A stretch of 64,000 bases of DNA from a virus. Under the pieces are notes generated by a model. The model was given only the letters and a program-made list of their open reading frames with translations, was not told the DNA's origin and searched no databases. A program made the translations under genes and the position numbers. The DNA lies in IMG/VR virus record IMGVR_UViG_3300025930_000008, positions 43,023 to 107,022 of that record; one strand, given 5' to 3'. The number at the start of each line of letters is the position of its first letter. Position 1 is the first letter of the stretch. Shown here one piece after another: positions 1-5,455 of the stretch.

Positions 1-99
1 ATACTCCCCCCAATACTTCAATGCATCGGCTTCGCTCACCACTCGGCCATACAGACCGTAGTAGTGATTCAAGATAAGGTATCTGACCTTAGTCTTGCA

Positions 100-170
100 A
101 GGCAAGGACGGGAGTCGAACCCGTGTTACAGGTTTTGCAGACCCGCGCGTAGCCATTCCGCCACCTTGCC
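100..170 (-). tRNA. tRNA-Cys(GCA)
   Basis: Reverse complement GGCAAGG...loop CTGCAAA...GGTTCGACTCC...CCTTGCC-T; no encoded CCA. Confidence 0.93.
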
Positions 171-284
171 ATTACGTCGTAGACATTCCTCACGGTCACA
201 ATTACATGCGTTCTGACAAACGAAACCCTTGTGACACTCACAGTCTTTGATGGGCTGTTCACAAATAGTACATTTCCATACCAT
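126..284 (-). CDS. Cys-rich microprotein (52 aa), stop codon lies inside tRNA-Cys
   Basis: MVWKCTICEQPIKDCECHKGFVCQNACNCDREEC; ATG 2 nt after the tRNA-Asn discriminator. Confidence 0.55.
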   Translation of the reverse strand: MVWKCTICEQPIKDCECHKGFVCQNACNCDREECLRRNGKVAEWLRAGLQNL

Positions 285-286
285 AG

Positions 287-358
287 CTCGCCGGGTAGGA
301 CTTGAACCTACAACCATTCGGTTAACAGCCGAACGCTCTGCCATTGAGCTACCGGCGA
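287..358 (-). tRNA. tRNA-Asn(GTT)
   Basis: TCGCCGG TAGCTCAATGGCAGAGC...CTGTTAA...GGTTCAAGTCC...CCGGCGA-G. Confidence 0.95.
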
Positions 359-609
359 CTGTTGATCCAACTATCTAGACACGCCTTATGAGTGGGCAGT
401 AACTCCCAATCAGCGTGCCAAGTACCCTGCACAATGTCAAAGGTTTCCGTACCTTCGTCTGACCACTCGCCACCCATGCGTTGTATTTTACACGGGATTC
501 CCTGGCGTCCTTCCTGAGCCTGTTCAACTGTAATGATACGCCAGATCGCACATTCGCTTTTATCAAAGCGGTAGTTTGCATATATTCTACCGACTAGCGG
601 CTCTTTCAT
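349..609 (-). CDS. hypothetical protein (86 aa), stop inside tRNA-Asn
   Basis: ORF fills the Lys-Asn spacer; ATG 1 nt after the tRNA-Lys discriminator. Confidence 0.6.
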   Translation of the reverse strand: MKEPLVGRIYANYRFDKSECAIWRIITVEQAQEGRQGIPCKIQRMGGEWSDEGTETFDIVQGTWHADWELLPTHKACLDSWINSRR

Positions 610-610
610 A

Positions 611-683
611 TGCCCCCAACAGGGATCGAACCTGTGACCTTGAGATTAAGAGTCTCCTGCTCTACCGGCTGAGCTATAGGGGC
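611..683 (-). tRNA. tRNA-Lys(CTT)
   Basis: Canonical cloverleaf, loop CTCTTAA. Confidence 0.95.
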
Positions 684-685
684 GA

Positions 686-740
686 TGATTGGTCATTCCC
701 CTTACCCCTAGGGAATCGTTACTGGATGGGCAACCAATCA
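686..740 (-). ncRNA. candidate small structured RNA
   Basis: Terminal 8-bp inverted repeat TGATTGGT/ACCAATCA plus internal ATTCCC/GGGAAT hairpin; strand assumed from context. Confidence 0.3.
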
Positions 741-747
741 AGTTGTA

Positions 748-827
748 TGGCGGGTGGAGGAATCGAACCTCATTACGCTCTCGCCAGCTAGGTTATGAGC
801 CTTGCTGCCCAAACCTGGGCACCCGCG
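748..827 (-). tRNA. atypical tRNA with CAT anticodon (initiator-like acceptor, mini D arm, long variable region)
   Basis: CGCGGGT G CCCA GGTT TGGG CA GCAAGG CTCATAA CCTAGC ... TGAGG TTCGATT CCTCC ACCCGCC A. Confidence 0.7.
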
Positions 828-841
828 TCGTAAATTTGCTA

Positions 842-927
842 CGGAGAGTGGGGGATTTGAACCCCCGGTACCCACTGGATACTCCGTCTTAGCAGGACGG
901 TGCATTAAGCCACTCTGCCAACTCTCC
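842..927 (-). tRNA. tRNA-Ser(GCT)
   Basis: GGAGAGT acceptor, loop CTGCTAA, long variable arm, G73. Confidence 0.95.
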
Positions 928-1113
928 CTGTGTGATACGTGGCACCCACGTACCCCTTTTAACTAAGGCGAAAAACTCTATCAACGTACACTTAGAACTA
1001 TCCGTCAATCCATCTACACGGCCGTCTGTGTAAGTCCAATAAACTCTTTCCGTCTTAGGATCATAGAGATAATCCTTCACCATTGCGTTCGCTTCCCAAC
1101 GAAAAGAAATCAT
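889..1113 (-). CDS. hypothetical protein (74 aa), stop inside tRNA-Ser
   Basis: ORF fills the Arg-Ser spacer; ATG 1 nt after the tRNA-Arg discriminator. Confidence 0.55.
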   Translation of the reverse strand: MISFRWEANAMVKDYLYDPKTERVYWTYTDGRVDGLTDSSKCTLIEFFALVKRGTWVPRITQGELAEWLNAPSC

Positions 1114-1114
1114 A

Positions 1115-1186
1115 CGGCCCCGGTGAGAATCGAACTCACATCTATCCCTTAGGAGGGGATCGTTCTGTCCATTATACTACAGGGCC
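1115..1186 (-). tRNA. tRNA-Arg(CCT)
   Basis: ATCCC CTCCTAA GGGAT anticodon arm; GTTCGATT T-loop. Confidence 0.93.
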
Positions 1187-1188
1187 AG

Positions 1189-1241
1189 AAGCAGGGCATT
1201 TCAGCCCCACCCACGTCACCGCTTTAGGACAACGGCTGCCT
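1189..1241 (-). ncRNA. candidate D-armless tRNA mimic
   Basis: AGGCA...CCGTT GTCCTAA AGCGG...GGGC TGAAAT GCCC TGCTT. Confidence 0.3.
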
Positions 1242-1242
1242 G

Positions 1243-1446
1243 TCAGATATCCATAGCGCACTGGTTAACGCAATCCCGACAACAATTGCACACCGTATCG
1301 TAATCGCCACCGATTTCCTCTGCATACGGACAGCCATGAGGAATCTCTCCCTCATTACCGCAGTTACAGAGCGGACTGATTGCCGATAACAACCAGTCTT
1401 TGACAACCTGCTTGTAAATATGCATACGTATTTGCACAGCAGGCAT
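1243..1446 (-). CDS. Cys-rich small phage protein (67 aa)
   Basis: C-terminal CNC...HGCPYAEEIGGD...CNCCRDC...CAMDI pattern; the A of ATG is the tRNA-Ile discriminator. Confidence 0.7.
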   Translation of the reverse strand: MPAVQIRMHIYKQVVKDWLLSAISPLCNCGNEGEIPHGCPYAEEIGGDYDTVCNCCRDCVNQCAMDI

Positions 1447-1518
1447 AGGCCAGGATGGATTTGAACCATCGACCCGCACCTTATAAGAGTGCCGCTCTAA
1501 CCCCTGAGCTACTGGCCC
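1446..1518 (-). tRNA. tRNA-Ile(TAT)
   Basis: GGGCCAG acceptor, GCACT CTTATAA GGTGC anticodon arm, A73. Confidence 0.9.
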
Positions 1519-1527
1519 AATTAGTTA

Positions 1528-1706
1528 GAGGATCGTATATGGGGGACTTACTTCATGGATAGGTACGCACTACGCCGGGGCGACCACACCCCTCTCGGCC
1601 AGCACGCATACTCCTAGATGTAGTCAACATCGTTAGTGACCTATATCAATCCGCTTACCCTTATCCCACCTGCGCACTGTGGGCGGCAATTATCCGTCCG
1701 ATCCTC
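1528..1706 (-). ncRNA. candidate ~180-nt multibranched ncRNA
   Basis: 8-bp terminal stem GAGGATCG/CGATCCTC, several internal hairpins, no ORF in the track, begins 1 nt after tRNA-Thr. Confidence 0.5.
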
Positions 1707-1707
1707 A

Positions 1708-1779
1708 AGCCCGCGAGGGGAATCGAACCCCTATCCCTGCTTTACGAAAGCAGTATAATAGCCGTTATACTACGCGGGC
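1708..1779 (-). tRNA. tRNA-Thr(CGT)
   Basis: GCCCGCG acceptor, CTGCT TTCGTAA AGCAG. Confidence 0.93.
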
Positions 1780-1782
1780 GAC

Positions 1783-1875
1783 TTACTTATCAGGCACAAT
1801 CATAGTGCCTTTACAGATGGGACATACCCTACCATTGTTAAGGATGCCCCCTTTCATCTTGCATTTACAATCCAT
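1783..1875 (-). CDS. 30-aa Zn-finger-like microprotein
   Basis: MDCKCKMKGGILNNGRVCPICKGTMIVPDK*, CxC...CxxCxG; ATG 2 nt after the tmRNA discriminator; not in the ORF track. Confidence 0.55.
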   Translation of the reverse strand: MDCKCKMKGGILNNGRVCPICKGTMIVPDK

Positions 1876-1877
1876 AG

Positions 1878-2327
1878 TGGAGGTGGGCGGAATTGAACCG
1901 CCGTCCTGCGTACACTTGTTGACTCAGTTTCTAGCAGCTTTGTAATACAATACTGGCAACCGGTTCTGAGCCGCCTACCCTTACTCTACCACAAGATACG
2001 GCAGACTCATGCTAGTGACTGTTTGAAATAGTCGGGAGCAGCCTGTTGTTCCGTACACCCTGCTGTCGAGATTACTCACCACGCAATGGAAATACCATTA
2101 GAGTGGAGCCGAGTAAGCCAATTAGATTGACCGTCTAATCTTTCCAAACAAGGATTTGGGACTTTATACCCCGGCCACGCTTTCTGTTCCTAGGTCCGTG
2201 GCTCCTGACCCGAGCGGACTAAGCCGCTAGAGCAAACGTATGAGTGTCTGCAATTATTGTTAGTGGTAGGCCACTACCCGCTGCACTAAGGCAACCGCAT
2301 CTTACACAGTCGATGCCTGTCACCCCC
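1878..2327 (-). ncRNA. ssrA: tmRNA, tag (A)ADTHTFALAA at 2251-2219
   Basis: 5' GGGGGTGA...TCGAC; 3' GACGGCGGTTCAATTCCGCCCACCTCCA with G3:U70; ATAATT upstream of resume codon GCA; tag ends ALAA-TAG. Confidence 0.95.
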
Positions 2328-2332
2328 ATGAT

Positions 2333-2399
2333 TATCAGCCTCCACCTAGCCTTATTAGACTAACGTCTAGCTTACGGCCTCGCTCTAGATTTGCTGACA
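2333..2399 (-). ncRNA. candidate structured RNA (three-way junction)
   Basis: TGTCAGC/GCTGATA closing stem, internal TAGAC/GTCTA hairpin. Confidence 0.3.
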
Positions 2400-2418
2400 C
2401 GGAGCGAATTAAAGTTTA

Positions 2419-2452
2419 TGCCGGATTTCTTGGACGGCTCCGGCAACCGCCC
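2419..2452 (-). ncRNA. H-type pseudoknot
   Basis: S1 GGGCGGT/GCCGTCC, S2 GCCGGA/TCCGGC, A-rich loop AAGAAA. Confidence 0.45.
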
Positions 2453-2457
2453 ATAAG

Positions 2458-2520
2458 GAGTTTATGAAAGGTGGTACCTCAACAAGACCGCGATATTCGC
2501 CTTGTTCCTCTCATAGACTC
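2458..2520 (-). ncRNA. candidate structured RNA
   Basis: GAGTCTATGA/TCATAAACTC closing stem with inner AACAAG/CTTGTT hairpin. Confidence 0.3.
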
Positions 2521-2533
2521 CACCAAGTTATAC

Positions 2534-2662
2534 GAGAGTCCACTGTGCCGTAGCCACTCCGAACGGTTCCTGCCGTCCCGCACTAGCCTCACGGTCTAGG
2601 CGATGGTCGGGAGACAATCTCCCCCTTGGGGCAGTCCATCCCAACTTAGAAGTAGAACTCTC
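2534..2662 (-). ncRNA. candidate ~130-nt multibranched ncRNA
   Basis: GAGAGTTC/GGACTCTC terminal stem; internal GGGAGA/TCTCCC, GATGG/CCATC and GGACGG/CCGTTC helices. Confidence 0.4.
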
Positions 2663-2665
2663 TAG

Positions 2666-2735
2666 TAGACCGGGCAGGATTCGAACCTGCAATGAACAAT
2701 GATAAAGATTGTTTGTGTACCGTACACACCGGTCA
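2666..2735 (-). tRNA. non-canonical tRNA-like gene, anticodon TTA (ochre)
   Basis: TGACCGG T GTGT ACGGT ACAC A AACAAT CTTTATC ATTGTT CATT GCAGG TTCGAAT CCTGC CCGGTCT A. Confidence 0.7.
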
Positions 2736-2802
2736 AGCCCCGGCATAGGGTTCCCGCCCTATGTTACTCCGGGGTCGTCCACGGACAATTAGTCGATGGA
2801 CA

Positions 2803-2874
2803 TGGGCCGCACTGGAATCGAACCAGTGACTTCCTGCGTGTCGAGCAGGCGTTCTACCGCTGAACTAGCGGCCC
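2803..2874 (-). tRNA. tRNA-Val(GAC)
   Basis: CCTGC TCGACAC GCAGG; C at position 33. Confidence 0.92.
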
Positions 2875-2881
2875 TAGTTAC

Positions 2882-2912
2882 GTGAGCTAGCTTACTCACT
2901 TCGCTAGCTCAC
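2882..2912. repeat. perfect 10-bp inverted repeat / hairpin
   Basis: GTGAGCTAGC...GCTAGCTCAC. Confidence 0.6.
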
Positions 2913-2973
2913 ACCCAAAACAACGCCTGATTCTGACGATGCGTGAGCGGGATGGTTGACCAACCAGAACAAC

Positions 2974-3002
2974 AGTTTAGCCGATGTTCTGGCGACTGTC
3001 AA
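2974..3002 (-). promoter_or_regulatory. sigma70/SigA-type promoter
   Basis: TTGACA-N17-TAAACT. Confidence 0.75.
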
Positions 3003-3004
3003 GC

Positions 3005-3166
3005 TTATCGGGACGAGAGGTAAACGCCTTCTATCTTTGCCCCACTGTACTCCTGCTTGTCAATCGCGTCTGCAACAGCAAGACCAACATCTTGGCGCAA
3101 GTCAAACTTCTTGATAGGCGCCAACGTCGTCGGAATGGTGATGACCACCGTGATTGTATTATCCAT
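3005..3166 (-). CDS. hypothetical protein (53 aa), probably leaderless
   Basis: MDNTITVVITIPTTLAPIKKFDLRQDVGLAVADAIDKQEYSGAKIEGVYLSSR*; extended -10 TGC-TACGTT 6 nt before ATG; not in the ORF track. Confidence 0.6.
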   Translation of the reverse strand: MDNTITVVITIPTTLAPIKKFDLRQDVGLAVADAIDKQEYSGAKIEGVYLSSR

Positions 3167-3192
3167 GCTAAAAACGTAGCACGACTGTCAAG

Positions 3193-3264
3193 TGGACCCG
3201 GCTGGGATCGAACCAGCGACCTTCTGCTTGTAAGGCAGACGTTCTCCCACTAAACTACGGGTCC
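3193..3264 (-). tRNA. tRNA-Val(TAC)
   Basis: TCTGC CTTACAA GCAGA. Confidence 0.95.
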
Positions 3265-3299
3265 GCAGCAGGCTCCCTCATGGGGCGTACCTCCCATAG

Positions 3300-3328
3300 A
3301 CACTACCCGACAGGTTCCCGCCTGTCAA
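3300..3328 (-). promoter_or_regulatory. sigma70/SigA-type promoter embedded in an inverted-repeat region (3268-3343)
   Basis: TTGACA-N17-TAGTGT. Confidence 0.55.
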
Positions 3329-3405
3329 GGCGAGGGAACCTGCGTGCTTAATCCCCGTGGGTACGCACGGATTAGGTACTGCGATGGCCCCTGACTGATG
3401 GGCAG

Positions 3406-3477
3406 AGCCGTCACCGGGAATCGAACCCGGCTTACTAACTTACCAAGCTAGGGTAATATCCGATATACTATGACGGC
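3406..3477 (-). tRNA. tRNA-Thr(GGT)
   Basis: GCCGTCA acceptor, CTAGC TTGGTAA GTTAG. Confidence 0.9.
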
Positions 3478-3480
3478 TTA

Positions 3481-3554
<74 letters not shown>

Positions 3555-3719
3555 TTACAAATGACTGAATACATAAGTCACAGCAGAGATACCATGACTA
3601 ATGAAACTCATGATACCGGTGGCAGCAGCCACCTTGAGGTACCACAATTCCTTACGGCTGAGCGTAACCTTTTCCTCAGCCTTCTTTATGGCTTTAAGTT
3701 TCGCTTCTTCCTTGTCCAT
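3555..3719 (-). CDS. small protein with C-terminal hydrophobic segment
   Basis: MDKEEAKLKAIKK...LWYLKVAAATGIMSFISHGISAVTYVF; overlaps the upstream membrane gene. Confidence 0.55.
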   Translation of the reverse strand: MDKEEAKLKAIKKAEEKVTLSRKELWYLKVAAATGIMSFISHGISAVTYVFSHL

Positions 3720-4044
3720 TGAGCGCCTTGCTTTGACGCCGCTTATACCCAAAGATCAAGTAGAGCGCGACATTCCCTGCGATGAATCCCACCGCATTCA
3801 GCGGGATATAGTAGGAAAACCCTGTGTCAAGTCTCTCAACGTTGTTAGTCAACGCTGACGTGGCTAAGAGCAGATACGAAACGGCAATGAGTACAACATG
3901 GAGCGGCAGCAGAGCTACATATCCTCCCTGCTTGCGCAGTTTGAGGTAGCTCTGGGTATATACCACCACAATCAGCACCACAAACGACACAATGCCTCCG
4001 TACAGAAAGATATTCAAGTATCGGAGGCCATCCAAAATGCTCAT
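3694..4044 (-). CDS. membrane protein, 3 predicted TM helices
   Basis: Three hydrophobic stretches and a basic C-tail; holin-like topology. Confidence 0.7.
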   Translation of the reverse strand: MSILDGLRYLNIFLYGGIVSFVVLIVVVYTQSYLKLRKQGGYVALLPLHVVLIAVSYLLLATSALTNNVERLDTGFSYYIPLNAVGFIAGNVALYLIFGYKRRQSKALNGQGRSET

Positions 4045-4058
4045 GCTCTATTACCTAG

Positions 4059-4129
4059 CGGGGGATCGAGGATTTGAACCCCGAAGTTCGGGTTTGGAGG
4101 CCGACAGTTTACCATTAGCTTAATCCCCC
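4059..4129 (-). tRNA. tRNA-Trp(CCA)
   Basis: Loop CTCCAAA, G73; C31:C39 mismatch. Confidence 0.9.
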
Positions 4130-4171
4130 AGGAGCGCACGGAGGGAGCGCGAGATTCTCTCACCCCTCGGT

Positions 4172-4249
4172 TATGTGAACAGACTTGTCATACGCCGACT
4201 TCACGCGGGCGGATTCTAACCATAGACCCTAAGGCGTATAGTTCATATG
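4172..4249 (-). ncRNA. candidate structured RNA with T-loop-like motif
   Basis: ATATGAAC/GTTCACAT and TACGCC/GGCGTA stems enclosing GGTTAGAATCC. Confidence 0.35.
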
Positions 4250-4316
4250 TGACTATACCGCGAAGGGACTCCGTTTCCATCGAATACTCCTGAACGCATG
4301 GTGCCATCTGAAACAA

Positions 4317-4428
4317 TCGTCATTGCCACGCCGCTTTTCGCTACTTGTATACTGCCCTCCGGGGATCAATCCATCCAGACGCATACGTTTGCTCGCTACA
4401 GCCGTGCGCATGTATTGAGCAATGACGA
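4317..4428 (-). ncRNA. candidate ~110-nt ncRNA
   Basis: Perfect 10-bp terminal stem TCGTCATTGC/GCAATGACGA starting 2 nt after tRNA-Leu. Confidence 0.45.
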
Positions 4429-4430
4429 AG

Positions 4431-4512
4431 TACGCCCGGAGGGACTTGAACCCCCACACCTTTCGGCATCAGGACCTAAACCTGACGTGTCTACCGATTC
4501 CACCACGGGCGC
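4431..4512 (-). tRNA. tRNA-Leu(TAG)
   Basis: TCAGG TTTAGGT CCTGA, long variable arm. Confidence 0.94.
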
Positions 4513-4646
4513 TAGTACCGATAACGTTCAAGGAAGGGCTGTTATCGGTGTTATCGTGCGACTGCCATTGGACCATATTCATAGTCGAGAGCCTTGCGCC
4601 GCTGCATGATACCCCGGATTCCCGTCCGGCATATTCATGCCTGATA

Positions 4647-4729
4647 TGCGATCAGTGAGAGTCGAACTCACACGCCTGTTAGGGCACTGACCCCTCAAGC
4701 CAGCGTGTCTACCATTTCACCATGATCGC
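4647..4729 (-). tRNA. tRNA-Leu(GAG)
   Basis: CTGGC TTGAGGG GTCAG, long variable arm. Confidence 0.94.
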
Positions 4730-4743
4730 TAAAGATTTTGAAA

Positions 4744-4825
4744 TGGCGGGAGTAGGATTCGAACCTACGAAGGCATAGCCGTCTGATTTACAGTCAGATG
4801 CGTTTGACCGCTCCGCAACCCCGCC
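4744..4825 (-). tRNA. tRNA-Tyr(GTA)
   Basis: TCTGA CTGTAAA TCAGA, long variable arm. Confidence 0.95.
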
Positions 4826-4834
4826 GAATAAACA

Positions 4835-4950
4835 CTTGGGCACCTAGATTGGGTGCGACCCTTCTCTTTCAAGTCAACTTCCTCCTGCCTAGCCTTATCC
4901 GGGCAGATGGTTCGCCGTATCTACGGCTGATCTAGGAGTTGGCTCCCAAG
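4835..4950 (-). ncRNA. candidate ~115-nt ncRNA: long stem capped by a three-hairpin multiloop
   Basis: CTTGGG/CCCAAG, CCTAGAT/ATCTAGG, GCCGTA/TACGGC, CTGCC/GGCAG. Confidence 0.45.
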
Positions 4951-4985
4951 CTATGTAGTTTTTGTCAGTCTACCAGACTGTCAAG

Positions 4986-5058
4986 CGCCCCCGCCCGGAT
5001 TTGAACCGGGAACCTGCGGTTTAGAAGGCCGCTGCGCTATCCGTTGCGCCACAGGGGC
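4986..5058 (-). tRNA. tRNA-Arg(TCT)
   Basis: Loop CTTCTAA; C31:A39 mismatch. Confidence 0.93.
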
Positions 5059-5060
5059 AT

Positions 5061-5086
5061 AAAAAAGGCGACCCTCTTTGGTCGCC
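5061..5086 (-). terminator. intrinsic terminator
   Basis: GGCGACC AAAGAG GGTCGCC TTTTTT. Confidence 0.8.
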
Positions 5087-5120
5087 CCCGTCTTACACCT
5101 ATCGTATGGGTAGACGAGAG

Positions 5121-5186
5121 CTAGACCAGGGGCTTACGACCTCCGATAAAGGCGTCCCAATTCTGATGTTCGGTCGAATATCTCAT
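5121..5186 (-). CDS. possible 21-aa peptide MRYSTEHQNWDAFIGGRKPLV
   Basis: Short ORF between a promoter and a terminator; flanked by complementary AGACGAG/CTCGTCT. Confidence 0.25.
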   Translation of the reverse strand: MRYSTEHQNWDAFIGGRKPLV

Positions 5187-5248
5187 ACTCGTCTGATTCT
5201 TAGTGCAGGCGGGGCACCCGTTTTATAGGTCCCCGCGATGGTCGTTTC

Positions 5249-5276
5249 ACGATAGCAGATGGTCCGGTGGAGTCAA
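5249..5276 (-). promoter_or_regulatory. SigA-type promoter with extended -10
   Basis: TTGACT-N16 (ending TGC)-TATCGT. Confidence 0.55.
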
Positions 5277-5455
5277 GAGCGCCAACGCGCCAAGACGGAT
5301 CGGGGCACCTTCACCTTTGGCGAATGACCCTCAGGCCGATCACAAGGATAGCCGTCACCACCATTGCCGGGTGCCCACCAGACCACCCCATCCCACTTCA
5401 CGCGATAGATACAGTATCTACAATCAGCACTGAATCTATATACCGCAGGCTCCAC
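5273..5455 (-). CDS. small putative Zn-binding protein (start uncertain)
   Basis: CRYC...W...WW...C...H pattern; overlaps the nrdJ end. Confidence 0.45.
   Translation of the reverse strand: MEPAVYRFSADCRYCIYRVKWDGVVWWAPGNGGDGYPCDRPEGHSPKVKVPRSVLARWRS

Noticed and set aside
1528-1706. Identity with RNase P RNA, 6S RNA or raiA-motif RNA (shares GAAGTAAGTCC, from memory)
   Set aside because: Other conserved segments are not visible and the fold is not a 6S rod; left as unknown.
5259-5388. Long inverted repeat GGTCTGGTGG/CCACCGGACC as a separate ncRNA
   Set aside because: It overlaps a plausible Zn-protein ORF and a promoter; it cannot be separated from chance or mRNA structure.
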